A DNA stretch of 64,000 nucleotides from Bacillota bacterium (lineage in GTDB: Bacteria > Bacillota > Clostridia > Peptostreptococcales > Anaerovoracaceae), in the NCBI GenBank assembly GCA_036835995.1, contig DAITKX010000002.1, positions 48,433 to 112,432 of the forward strand, given 5' to 3'. The notes under the pieces were generated by a model that saw nothing but the letters and a program-made list of their open reading frames with translations, made no database searches and had not been told where the DNA came from. A program made the translations under genes and the position numbers. Positions 20,989-30,544 of the stretch are shown one piece after another. Each line of letters opens with the position of its first letter. Positions within the stretch are counted from its first letter, which is position 1.

Positions 20989-22191
20989 TTACTGCCAGTT
21001 TGGTTCAACTGTGTATATATGAACAAATTTACCATTTGTGATGGTCTTGATCGAAACGGATTTGATTGGATCTCCGTTCTTGTCAAAGGTGATGTTTCCG
21101 GAAGCTCCGGGAAAATTCTTCGTGGCGGCGAGGCGATCCCTGACCGCTTCACCGTCAACGGCGGTTCCCGCGGTGCTGATGGCATTGACGGCCAGCAAAT
21201 AAGCGTCAAAGCCCAGAGCAACTTCGCTGGGCGGCTCCGCATCTACTCCGTATTTTTCCCTGTAGGCCTTTAATAATACCTGCGTATTATCGGTGATGGC
21301 GGCCTCCGGATCGAAGTATGTGGAGAAAACAGCGCCGTTTACGGCGGCTCCGCCTTCTTTCAGAAAATCAGCGTTCTCCCAGCTGTCCGTGCCGAGAAAT
21401 ACGAGATCGAGCCCCAATTCTTTCGCCTGGGTCATGATCCTTATGGCGTCCTTGGTTTTGCTTGCCAGAAGAACGGCCACCGCTCCGGAATCCTTTACCT
21501 TCTGAAGCTGATCTTTAAAATCCGTCTTTGACGATTTATATTCGACGACCTTGACGATGGCATTTTCATCTCCCGTCAACTGAACCATCTTATCCGAAAA
21601 GGTCTGGGATACGGCTGCGGCATAGTCGTCATCCGCATCTTTAAAGATGGCCGCCGTGCTGGTGCCCATCTCCTGGACCGCGTATTTTGCCAGGGCCACG
21701 CCCTGGAAGGACTCTACGAAGCAAGCTCTGAAATAGTATTCGCTGCTGCTGGTCACCAGCGGGTTGCTGGCTGTGATGGTGATGGCGGGGATCTTTGCCT
21801 TTGTAAAATACTCGCCTCCCACCAGGGACAGGGTGCTGCCGTAGCTTCCCAGCACCGCCGATACCTTCCTGTCCACCAGGTTCTGTGCGGCCGCAGCCGC
21901 TACGTCCACATCGGATTTGTTGTCTGCATACACCAGCTCCACCTTTTGTCCGAGTACCTCCGGAAACAGCTCGTGAGCGAGCTCAATGCCCTGAAGCTCC
22001 AGTTTCCCGTGCTCCGCTTCCTTTCCGGACAAGGGTTCGAACACCCCGATCTTAACGGTCCCGTTGTCCTTTGCTTCCGTCGTAAAAAAGGTGTCTTTAA
22101 AGTTTTCAAGGGTCGCGCAGCCCGAGAGCAGAGCGGCGCACATGATGATGAGCATGACAAGTGCTGCGTATCGTTTCTGTTTCTTTTGCAT
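20989..22191 (-). CDS. Branched-chain amino acid ABC substrate-binding lipoprotein (3rd)
   Basis: Lipobox LSGC, KIGVFEPLSG, LivJ/K-type fold motifs. Confidence 0.9.
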   Translation of the reverse strand: MQKKQKRYAALVMLIIMCAALLSGCATLENFKDTFFTTEAKDNGTVKIGVFEPLSGKEAEHGKLELQGIELAHELFPEVLGQKVELVYADNKSDVDVAAAAAQNLVDRKVSAVLGSYGSTLSLVGGEYFTKAKIPAITITASNPLVTSSSEYYFRACFVESFQGVALAKYAVQEMGTSTAAIFKDADDDYAAAVSQTFSDKMVQLTGDENAIVKVVEYKSSKTDFKDQLQKVKDSGAVAVLLASKTKDAIRIMTQAKELGLDLVFLGTDSWENADFLKEGGAAVNGAVFSTYFDPEAAITDNTQVLLKAYREKYGVDAEPPSEVALGFDAYLLAVNAISTAGTAVDGEAVRDRLAATKNFPGASGNITFDKNGDPIKSVSIKTITNGKFVHIYTVEPNWQ

Positions 22192-22204
22192 TGTTCTCTC
22201 CAGC

Positions 22205-23380
22205 TTAATATGGTTCTACAAATGATTTGTAAACGAATTTGCCGCCCTGGATGGCCTTGATAACAGCAGGCTTGACAGCGTCCCCGTTTTCATCCAGCGA
22301 GATGTATCCGGTAGCCCCCTCAAAATCCTTCGTCGCCGCGAGGGTATCTTTCAATGCGGGTCCGTCTACGGTTCCGGCTCTTTGAATCGCGTCGATTGCC
22401 AGAAGGTAGGCGTCAAAGCCCAGAGCGCTTGCGGCAAGCGCATCGGAACTGTATTCCTTCGTAAAGGCGCCGAGGAATTCTTCGGCTTTATCGGTCAGCG
22501 GAGCGGCAGGATCATAGGAGCTGGAGTAAACAGCGCCTTCCGCCGCTTCTCCGGCAAGCTGGATCATTTCAGGAGTCTCCCAGATGTCGCCGCCCAGAAA
22601 CGGAATCGTGATTCCGAGCTGTCTGGCCTGTTTCATAATCAGAGCGGATTCCGTGAAACTGCCCGGAAAGAAGATGGCCTGAGCGTCAGAGTCCTTTACA
22701 GCGGTAAGCTGGGCCAGGAAATCGCGGTCGCCTGTGCGATAGCTTCCCACGCTTGTGATGCTGTTTTCATCTCCGGTCAGCTCCTTGAAATTGTCCATGA
22801 AGATTTTGGTAAGGGTTACGGAATACTCGCTGGACGCTTCCTGGATAACGGCGATCTTCCTGTAGCCGCCTTCATTAAATGCATAGTTTGCCATCACCTT
22901 TCCCTGGAAGGGATCGGTGTAGCATACTCTGAAGTAATATTCATTTCCAAGGGTTACGAGGGGGCTTGTGCAGGATGTTCCGATTGCAGGAACTTTGGCT
23001 TCTTTGAAGACCGGTCCCGCAGCGATGGAGTTGGAACTTCCCCAGCTGCCCAGTACGATGTTTGCGCCAAAATCATTCACCAGTTTTTTTGCCGCATTTT
23101 CAGATTCTATTTTGTCCGATTTATTGTCAGCGTACTTCAGTTCGACGGGGATTTCTCTCCCGTTAATGGTTACATTGGGATAAAGTTTATAGGCAAGGTC
23201 GATGCCCTTCTTCTCCAGCTCTCCGCCGGCGGCATCCGAACCGGTCAGGGGCTCAAATACGCCGATCTTGATCGTATCGGGCAATGTGCTTTCGTCGCTG
23301 CTCTTGTTGTCGCTGCCGCAGCCTGTCATGAATGCAGCAAGCATCAGCGCAGCCGCCAACAAAGATGAGACCTTTTTCAT
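22205..23380 (-). CDS. Branched-chain amino acid ABC substrate-binding lipoprotein (2nd)
   Basis: Lipobox MTGC, KIGVFEPLTG, YFRVCYTDPFQG. Confidence 0.9.
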   Translation of the reverse strand: MKKVSSLLAAALMLAAFMTGCGSDNKSSDESTLPDTIKIGVFEPLTGSDAAGGELEKKGIDLAYKLYPNVTINGREIPVELKYADNKSDKIESENAAKKLVNDFGANIVLGSWGSSNSIAAGPVFKEAKVPAIGTSCTSPLVTLGNEYYFRVCYTDPFQGKVMANYAFNEGGYRKIAVIQEASSEYSVTLTKIFMDNFKELTGDENSITSVGSYRTGDRDFLAQLTAVKDSDAQAIFFPGSFTESALIMKQARQLGITIPFLGGDIWETPEMIQLAGEAAEGAVYSSSYDPAAPLTDKAEEFLGAFTKEYSSDALAASALGFDAYLLAIDAIQRAGTVDGPALKDTLAATKDFEGATGYISLDENGDAVKPAVIKAIQGGKFVYKSFVEPY

Positions 23381-23402
23381 TGGTTTTTCTCCTTCAGTGC
23401 TG

Positions 23403-24107
23403 TTACTCTCCCAGGTACGCCTTGCGGACCTGGTCGTTGACCAGCAGTTCTTTTCCTGTTCCCGAAATAGTAATGACTCCGGTTTCCATTACATATCCGT
23501 AATCGGAAATTTCCAGGGCCGCCTTTGCGTTCTGCTCAATCAGCAGTACGTTCACGCCCGCCTTGTTGATCTCCTTGATGATTCCGAATATGCTCTTTAC
23601 GATAAGGGGCGCAAGTCCGAGGGAAGGTTCATCCATCATCAGGAGTTTGGGCCTGCCCATCAGGGAACGGGCCACCGCCAGCATCTGCTGTTCTCCGCCG
23701 GAAAGGGTTCCAGCTGCCTGCCATTTTCTCTCTTCCAGCCGCGGAAAAAGCTCAAATACCCATTTCCTGTCCTTGGTGATTTCCGCCTTGTCCCTTCTTG
23801 TATACGCGCCCAGAGTAATATTTTCATCCACTGTCAGATCGGGAAATACCCTTCTGCCTTCCGGAGTAAGGATGACCCCTTCCATTACGATGTCTCTCGT
23901 TTTTTTATTTGTGATATCTTTTCCGTCATAAATGACCGCGCCGGAGGTTTTCTGAACCTGACTCATGATCGCTTTCAACGTCGTGCTTTTTCCGGCTCCG
24001 TTAGCCCCTATAAGGGAGATGATCTTGCCGTCTTCTACGTTTAAGCTGATGCCTCTGAGGGCGTGAATTCCACCGTAGTGAACTTGTAAATCTTTAATTT
24101 CCAGCAT
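23403..24107 (-). CDS. livF: BCAA ABC transporter ATPase LivF
   Basis: GANGAGKST, PEGRRVF, LSGGEQQM, DEPSLGLAP. Confidence 0.95.
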   Translation of the reverse strand: MLEIKDLQVHYGGIHALRGISLNVEDGKIISLIGANGAGKSTTLKAIMSQVQKTSGAVIYDGKDITNKKTRDIVMEGVILTPEGRRVFPDLTVDENITLGAYTRRDKAEITKDRKWVFELFPRLEERKWQAAGTLSGGEQQMLAVARSLMGRPKLLMMDEPSLGLAPLIVKSIFGIIKEINKAGVNVLLIEQNAKAALEISDYGYVMETGVITISGTGKELLVNDQVRKAYLGE

Positions 24108-24952
24108 TATTCCTCCACCCCCAAATAAGCTTCGATTACTTTCGGATTGTTCTGGATCTCTGCCGGGTTACCCTCTGCGATATTGATCCCGTAATCCAGA
24201 ACATAAATCCTTTCGCAAACTCCCATGACCAGCTGCATATGGTGCTCTATCATCAGGATGGAAAGGTCGAAATCATCCCGGATTCTTCCGATAAAATGCA
24301 TCAGTTCATCGGATTCCTGGGGATTCATGCCTGCGGCAGGCTCATCCAGAAGAAGCAAAGACGGCTTGGTTGCCAGTGCTCTGGCGATCTCAAGATGTCT
24401 CTGCTTGCCGTAAGGCAGCGAGGATGCGATATCATCCTTGTTTTTATCAAGGCCGAGGATCTTCAACAGCTCCTCGGTTTCCTCTCTCAGCCGCCTTTCT
24501 TCCCTGAAGTTCAGCCGAAAGGTGGCGGAAAAAATGTTCGCCTTGAGGTTCATATGTTTGGCGATCAGGACGTTTTCAAATACCGTAAGATTCTTGAACA
24601 GCCTTATATTCTGAAATGTCCTCGCGACTCCCATCTTTGTAATCCTGTCGGGAGAAAGGAAGGTTGATTTTGTGTATTTTCCTTTATTCTGTCCCTGATA
24701 AATCGCCTTCATCTTTCCTCTGGGATAATTGCTGACGATCAGCTTGTCATTCAGGTACAACGCACCGTTGGTCGGTGCGTAGACGCCGGTCACAACGTTG
24801 AACGCGGTGGTTTTTCCCGCCCCGTTGGGCCCGATCAGCCCGATAATCTCGCCTTCCTTCACTTCAAGGCTCAAGTCGTTTACAGCCACTACGCCCCCGA
24901 ACTGCATCGTGATATTTTCGAGGCGGAGCACGCTCTGCTTTTCATTAGCCAT
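24107..24952 (-). CDS. livG: BCAA ABC transporter ATPase LivG
   Basis: GPNGAGKT, RTFQNIRLF, LPYG, DEPAAGMN, VIEAYLG. Confidence 0.95.
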   Translation of the reverse strand: MANEKQSVLRLENITMQFGGVVAVNDLSLEVKEGEIIGLIGPNGAGKTTAFNVVTGVYAPTNGALYLNDKLIVSNYPRGKMKAIYQGQNKGKYTKSTFLSPDRITKMGVARTFQNIRLFKNLTVFENVLIAKHMNLKANIFSATFRLNFREERRLREETEELLKILGLDKNKDDIASSLPYGKQRHLEIARALATKPSLLLLDEPAAGMNPQESDELMHFIGRIRDDFDLSILMIEHHMQLVMGVCERIYVLDYGINIAEGNPAEIQNNPKVIEAYLGVEE

Positions 24953-26048
24953 TCAGCGCACCTCCCTTTTTCGAAGAGTTGCCTTTCAGCCTGCTTCCGA
25001 TCCGTTTAAAGAAATTGATCAATCCATCCCACGAAAATTCTTTCTGGCCCATGATACCCTTTCTCCAGAAGAGAACCACCAGCATGAGGATGAGCGAGAA
25101 AACGACCATCCTGAATCCGGTGCGCAGCAGCGGCACATGAAAATCCCCAATCACCATCGGCTGATCCAGGAAGCGTAGCCACCATTCTTTTGCCGCCGTC
25201 ACCAGGAATGCCGCGATGACACTGCCGGTCACGCTGCCCAAGCCGCCGATAACAATGATGAGAAGGATGTTGTAGGTCAGCATGATGGGGAATGTGGTCG
25301 AAGTGATGGCGCCGAGGTACATTGCAAGCAAGGCTCCCGAAATTCCCGCAAAAAACGAGCTGATGATAAACGCCATCTGCTTATGGGTCGAAAGCTTGAT
25401 CCCCATGGCCTCCGCCGCGATCTCATCCTCCCGGATGGCCTTGAAGGCTCTTCCGTATGAGCTGGTCAGCAGCAGCACGATGATGGCGATACAGACCGCC
25501 ACAACGATAAACGGCACGTAATAGTTCGGATATCCGGGAATGCTGTTCAATCCCAGGGACCCGTTGGTGATCGTGTTCAGCGGAGAGCTGCCCACCATAA
25601 TCCTGACGATTTCAGAAAAGCCAAGGGTAGCGATGGCGAAATAGTCGCTCTTGAGCCGCAGTACCGGGGCGCCGACAAGGGCTGCGAGCAGGGCCGCGAC
25701 CAGGCCGCCGGCAATCAGGCCAAGTACCAGCGGGAGCTGGATATTTGCAAGGGCGTCATTGACGCCGTAAAGATAATAGACATTTGGTTTTTTGTCGATC
25801 GGTATGGTCAAAACTGCGTAGGTGTAAGCCCCGATCGCCATGAAGCCCGCCTGTCCAAGGGAAAACAGTCCGGTAAAGCCGTTCAGCAGATTCATCGAGA
25901 CTGCGACGAGGGCATAGATCGTGCCCAGCTGCAGAACGGTCCGCAGCATGGAAGAACTCGAGGTTCCCTCGCCGACATAGATGATAAAAGCTGCGATTGC
26001 AAGGCATGCAATTATAGAACAAATAGTTTTTGTTTTCTTCGTCATCAT
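24945..26048 (-). CDS. livM: BCAA ABC permease LivM
   Basis: SLGQAGFMAIGAY, LRLKSDYFAIATLGF, AIREDEIAAEAMGI. Confidence 0.93.
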   Translation of the reverse strand: MMTKKTKTICSIIACLAIAAFIIYVGEGTSSSSMLRTVLQLGTIYALVAVSMNLLNGFTGLFSLGQAGFMAIGAYTYAVLTIPIDKKPNVYYLYGVNDALANIQLPLVLGLIAGGLVAALLAALVGAPVLRLKSDYFAIATLGFSEIVRIMVGSSPLNTITNGSLGLNSIPGYPNYYVPFIVVAVCIAIIVLLLTSSYGRAFKAIREDEIAAEAMGIKLSTHKQMAFIISSFFAGISGALLAMYLGAITSTTFPIMLTYNILLIIVIGGLGSVTGSVIAAFLVTAAKEWWLRFLDQPMVIGDFHVPLLRTGFRMVVFSLILMLVVLFWRKGIMGQKEFSWDGLINFFKRIGSRLKGNSSKKGGALNG

Positions 26049-26936
26049 TTACACCTTCTCCGCTAAAGTTTCGCCAAACAAACCCGTTGGCCTGAACATG
26101 AGCACAGCGATCAGCAGGACAAACGTGAAAACGTCGCTGAATTCCGAATATCCTGCCGCCTTGATGAAAGTTTCGGACAGCCCGATCAGGAATCCGCCGA
26201 GCACAGCGCCGGGAATGCTTCCAATGCCTCCGAAGACTGCCGCCACGAAGCACTTGAGCCCGGGAAGCGAACCTGCCAGCGGGAATACAGATGGCCGGGG
26301 GGTAAAATACAGCATGGAGCCAAGGGCCGCCAGGAAACAACCGATGATAAAGGTGACGCTGATGACCGTATTGATCTCAATCCCCATCAGCTGAGCGGTC
26401 TGAAAGTCCTTGGATACAGCCCGCATCGCCATTCCGATCTTTGTTCTCTTAATGATTGCCATGAGGACGATCAGCGCGGCAATGGTGATGATCGGCGTTA
26501 TAAAGGTGACGACCGAGGTCGATACCGCACCGAAATTGAGGGTCTTGTTCAGAATCGGGATAGAGGGATACTGCTTCGGCAATGCGGAAAACAGATATGT
26601 AGCCAGGTTCTGCAGCAGAAAGGATACTCCGATAGCAGAAATCATGATAGACATTCTCGGCGCGGACCGCAGAGGCTGATATGCAAGTTTTTCAATGATC
26701 AGGCCAAGAAGGATCGTGCTTATAATCACTATACCCGCAGAAATATACCAGGGGATCATATGGTCTACCATGGCAAAGATCATGAAATAAGCCGCCATCA
26801 TAAAAATATCGCCGTGAGCGAAATTGATCAGGCGGAGAATACCGTAAACCATGGTATAACCAATGGCGATCAGCGCGTAAATGCCGCCGATGGAAATACC
26901 TGCCAGACAGTATTGTAAAAATGCTGTTGTGGTCAT
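26049..26936 (-). CDS. livH: BCAA ABC permease LivH
   Basis: YALIAIGYTMVYG..INFAHGD, GMAMRAVS, RPTGLFG. Confidence 0.94.
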   Translation of the reverse strand: MTTTAFLQYCLAGISIGGIYALIAIGYTMVYGILRLINFAHGDIFMMAAYFMIFAMVDHMIPWYISAGIVIISTILLGLIIEKLAYQPLRSAPRMSIMISAIGVSFLLQNLATYLFSALPKQYPSIPILNKTLNFGAVSTSVVTFITPIITIAALIVLMAIIKRTKIGMAMRAVSKDFQTAQLMGIEINTVISVTFIIGCFLAALGSMLYFTPRPSVFPLAGSLPGLKCFVAAVFGGIGSIPGAVLGGFLIGLSETFIKAAGYSEFSDVFTFVLLIAVLMFRPTGLFGETLAEKV

Positions 26937-27057
26937 TATAACGTTGCCTCCTAAAATTAAATAATTGAATGAACAATTGCAGCCGAATCATAATCAGCAT
27001 AATTTGCAAAGATTTATTAAGCGTGCCGCTTCACAAATCTTTACAAACCGAAGAAAC

Positions 27058-27090
27058 AGCGGTGGGAGGTCAATCAACCCCCCTGCCGCT
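27058..27090 (-). terminator. Intercistronic stem-loop after the first binding-protein gene
   Basis: AGCGGCAGGGGGGT / ACCTCCCACCGCT followed by GTTTCTT. Confidence 0.6.
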
Positions 27091-27146
27091 AAATCGTATT
27101 TAATTTTGCAAGTCCTGTTTACATCATGCCGTTTTAACGACTGATA

Positions 27147-28388
27147 TTATTCTACAGTCTGAGTCTTGACGAACTTGAATTCCTTGGAAGTCACGGAATC
27201 TTCGGAAATCGTCTTGATGTAAGCGGTATTCTTGATCGCATCGCCGTTATCGTCGAAGGAGATCTTTCCTGTTACTCCGTCAAAGCTTACTTTTGCAATC
27301 GCATCGCGAATCACCATGGAGTCCAGCGCTTTGCCGGATCCGTCCAGTGACTGGAGTGCGTTGTAGATCGCCATGTAAGCGTCATATCCGAGAGCGGATA
27401 CGGCGGCAACGGTATCGGTGTTTGCATTAAATGTAATGTTCTTTGGATCTGAATTCAAATATGTTTTGAAATCTGCAACAAATTTGGCGGCAACAGGATT
27501 GCTGCTGTCATTTTCGTCAAAGAAGGTGGAGAATGCTACGCCAACGGAATCTTTGGAAATGATGGTGGCGTTCTCCCATGTATCGCCGGCAAGGACCTGG
27601 GCAGTGATGCCGTTTGCCTTGACCTGAGGCAGGATCAAAGTTGCAGTCGTGATGGACGATGGGCAGAAGATGACGTCCGGATTAGCAGCTTTGACGCTTG
27701 TAAGGATCGCGTTGAAATCAGATTCGTTTGTCTGATAGGTTTCATCCGCTACGATGGTTCCGCCCTGTTCTGTGAAAGCTTTCTTGAAGTATCCGGCAAG
27801 GCCTGTGGAATAGTCGTCTCCGTTCTGGCTGATGACTGCGGCGTTTTTGTAACCCTGTTCGGTTGCATATGTAGCCATTACAGTACCCTGGAACGGGTCA
27901 AGGAAGCATACTCTGAAGTAGATGTCGTTTCCCAGCGTGACCTGAGGATTGGTGCAGGAAGCGCCAACCGCAGGAACGCCTGCTTCAGCAAAGGTCTGGC
28001 TTGCAGCGATGGATACGCCCGAGCCGTAAGAGCCGATGATTGCAACAACGCCCTTGGAAATCAGGGATTGAGCAGCTGTTACGGCAGCGGTCTTATCGGA
28101 CTGATTGTCGACCTCGACCAGCTCAATTTTGTACTCTTTTCCGTCGATTGTTACAGTAGGAGCTACGGTATTCGCAAAACGGGCTCCAAGAACTTCCTGC
28201 ATTCCGCCGCCGCCATTCTCACCTGTCGTAGGTTCGAAAACACCGATTTTGATCGTGTCGCCTTCTACAGCGATGCTCTTAACTGCAGAGTCATTTGTTT
28301 TTCCCTCATCAGCAGCCCCACCGCCACAGCCTGTCAGCAATGCAGACAGCACTAGTACGGCCACCAACAAAAATGAGATCTTTTTCAT
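27147..28388 (-). CDS. Branched-chain amino acid ABC substrate-binding lipoprotein (1st)
   Basis: Lipobox LTGC, KIGVFEP, FRVCFLDPFQG. Confidence 0.92.
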   Translation of the reverse strand: MKKISFLLVAVLVLSALLTGCGGGAADEGKTNDSAVKSIAVEGDTIKIGVFEPTTGENGGGGMQEVLGARFANTVAPTVTIDGKEYKIELVEVDNQSDKTAAVTAAQSLISKGVVAIIGSYGSGVSIAASQTFAEAGVPAVGASCTNPQVTLGNDIYFRVCFLDPFQGTVMATYATEQGYKNAAVISQNGDDYSTGLAGYFKKAFTEQGGTIVADETYQTNESDFNAILTSVKAANPDVIFCPSSITTATLILPQVKANGITAQVLAGDTWENATIISKDSVGVAFSTFFDENDSSNPVAAKFVADFKTYLNSDPKNITFNANTDTVAAVSALGYDAYMAIYNALQSLDGSGKALDSMVIRDAIAKVSFDGVTGKISFDDNGDAIKNTAYIKTISEDSVTSKEFKFVKTQTVE

Positions 28389-28750
28389 TACCTGTCCTCC
28401 TTAAATTGTTGCTCCGAAACGCAACTTGATAAAACAATCCGCTTATCTTTTCCTCCACCAATCAGCTCTGCAAATCAGCAACTCCGTGCAATGGAATCGC
28501 AATCTTTGATCTGCAGATTTTCACCGCCTTTTGGAAAAGAAAAAACAACCTTTATCATTATATCAATTTTATAGAAAATGTAAATAGAATGTCTCCAAAA
28601 TGATAAAGGCGCACGAATTCAATAATAAGAAAATTGGGAATTTTTCTCTGACAATCTGGTTGAATATGTCGGTACAGGTTATATAATGATACATAATAGT
28701 ATAATTTAAAAAGTAAAGTATAATCGGAAAATTGAAAGGAGAACGGAAAA

Positions 28751-29080
28751 ATGTTATGGAAATGCACAGTTTGCGGCTTTACCAACGAAGGAGATAAGGC
28801 GCCGGACGTATGTCCGAAATGCGGCGCTCCCGCCGAAAAATTCATCGCCCTTTCCGAAGAAGAAGCACAGAAGGTCTACACTTCTGACAGAACAAACGAT
28901 ATCCATATGGAAATCGCAAATCTCGCGATGAAGATCGAAGCCCTGGCAAAAGAAGGGATCGAAATCAATCTTGATCCGCCCTGTGTCGGCGTTTTTGAGC
29001 ACGCCAAGCAGGAAGCCTGGGTAATCAAGCAGAGATCCAAGGCCGAGCTGGCCGGACATATGGCAAAAGGCAAATGGTAA
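28751..29080 (+). CDS. Rubredoxin-like domain protein
   Basis: WKCTVCG..APDVCPKCGAP followed by a short helical C-terminal domain. Confidence 0.85.
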   Translation: MLWKCTVCGFTNEGDKAPDVCPKCGAPAEKFIALSEEEAQKVYTSDRTNDIHMEIANLAMKIEALAKEGIEINLDPPCVGVFEHAKQEAWVIKQRSKAELAGHMAKGKW

Positions 29081-29130
29081 GCTGACCTTGCTTATCTTAT
29101 AAAAGACATTTTTTTCTTTTTTGATAGACT

Positions 29131-29159
29131 GCATAATTATCGCCTCCGTCTGCAAACTA
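29131..29159 (+). promoter_or_regulatory. Putative forespore (sigG/sigF-type) promoter
   Basis: GCATA-17-CAAACTA resembles GnATA-N17/18-CATACTA; upstream of a coat-like gene. Confidence 0.5.
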
Positions 29160-29179
29160 TGTGTACGGAGGTGATTATT

Positions 29180-29773
29180 TTGCAAGGACAATTAAGTCAA
29201 AAAGAGAAGATGCTGTTGGAGGATCTGAAAAAGGAAGAGGATCTTTGCGTCATAAAATATCAGAATTATGCGCAGCAAGCACAGGACCCTGTGTTGCGGC
29301 AGTTGTTCAGCAAGCTTGCGAGCGACGAACAGCGGCACTATAGCACCGTGGATCAGATTCTGCAAAGCGGCGGCCAGGTGAAAGCGGGCCAGGGGCAGAG
29401 CGGCGGTCAGAAAGGCAGTCAGGGCGGCGGCCAAGGCGGCGGACAGAGTCAAAACCTGATGAGCCCAAGCGTGGCTAACGTCACTACAGCCGCACAGGGG
29501 ATGCCATCTGCCCAGGCAGGACCGTCAACCCAGCCGAAAGCCCAGGTCAGCATGAACAAGACGACGCCAGGCGGCGACAGCAAGGACCAGATTCTGGCTC
29601 ACGATATGCTGTCCACGGAGAAATATGTATCCAGCGCTTATGATACCGGCGTCTTTGAATCCGCTCAGCCCCAGATACGGCAAGCCCTTCAGAAGATCCA
29701 GCAGGAAGAGCAGGGCCACGGCGAGCAGATATTCCAGTATATGAACAGCCACGGCATGTATCCGGTACAGTAA
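29180..29773 (+). CDS. Spore coat (CotF-like)/ferritin-like protein with Gly/Gln linker
   Basis: GGAGGTG RBS then TTG 29180. Two helical halves (..EEDLCVIKY..DEQRH; DMLSTEKY..IQQEEQGHG..YMNSHGMY). Confidence 0.75.
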   Translation: MQGQLSQKEKMLLEDLKKEEDLCVIKYQNYAQQAQDPVLRQLFSKLASDEQRHYSTVDQILQSGGQVKAGQGQSGGQKGSQGGGQGGGQSQNLMSPSVANVTTAAQGMPSAQAGPSTQPKAQVSMNKTTPGGDSKDQILAHDMLSTEKYVSSAYDTGVFESAQPQIRQALQKIQQEEQGHGEQIFQYMNSHGMYPVQ

Positions 29774-29927
29774 AAAGGTGGCGGACGCCACACTAAAAAA
29801 ACGTTATGCGCCAGCCGGGGATTCTCAAGGGTTTTTGAGAACCCCCATGGCACGGCGCAGAATTTAAAAATTTGGGCATATTGAGACGCATGACTGCGCT
29901 ATTTTTGCATTTTTGAGTACATTAATG

Positions 29928-30518
29928 CTACTTTTTCTCCTCGCATACCCATTTGATAAAGACTTCAAAATCCGAAAGGATTTTGTCCATATCGGCTGAT
30001 TCGTCATCCAGAGCCAGCCCGTAGAAGGGAGGCATTTTGAGCCCTCTCTCCCTGATTTCCTCTTTCAATTCTTCGATATAGACTCCCGCGCCTTCCACCA
30101 GCGCGTCGTTGTAATTCAGGTCCACCGGGCTTCCGCCCCAGTTTTCATCCCAGCTGGTCACGGTCACTCCACAGGTCGGGGAGCCGTCGCAGCTCAGGAT
30201 AGCCACCGTTTCATAGCCCGCCTGTTCGTAGGACTTCATGTAATCCGCCACCTGCTTTGCAAGCTCCCGGCAATGTCTGCGAAATCCGACGTTGTCATAC
30301 AGGTTTTTTGTGGTCCACCAGCGCTGTATCCCCATGTACAGGGTTTCGGGACATTGCATCTGATTGATGCCGAGGTCGTATTTATGTAACGTATCAAACA
30401 CTTCCTTGCACATCCCCGGGTACCTTGCCAGCCCTTTGACCTTGTTGTTCGTGTTCAGCAGGCAGCTCGACACAAAGACAATTTTTTTGCTCCTGGCGTC
30501 CTCCATCCGATTGCTCAT
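29928..30518 (-). CDS. TudS/DUF523-related (CD3072-like) putative Fe-S desulfidase
   Basis: SSCLLN, QCPE and GSPTCG cysteine motifs. Confidence 0.75.
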   Translation of the reverse strand: MSNRMEDARSKKIVFVSSCLLNTNNKVKGLARYPGMCKEVFDTLHKYDLGINQMQCPETLYMGIQRWWTTKNLYDNVGFRRHCRELAKQVADYMKSYEQAGYETVAILSCDGSPTCGVTVTSWDENWGGSPVDLNYNDALVEGAGVYIEELKEEIRERGLKMPPFYGLALDDESADMDKILSDFEVFIKWVCEEKK

Positions 30519-30544
30519 TTTCCGTTCCTCCCTCCATGGCCTTT

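Noticed and set aside
28563..28582. CodY box upstream of the liv operon
   Set aside because: Best alignment has about 4 mismatches to AATTTTCWGAAAATT in AT-rich DNA; not supportable
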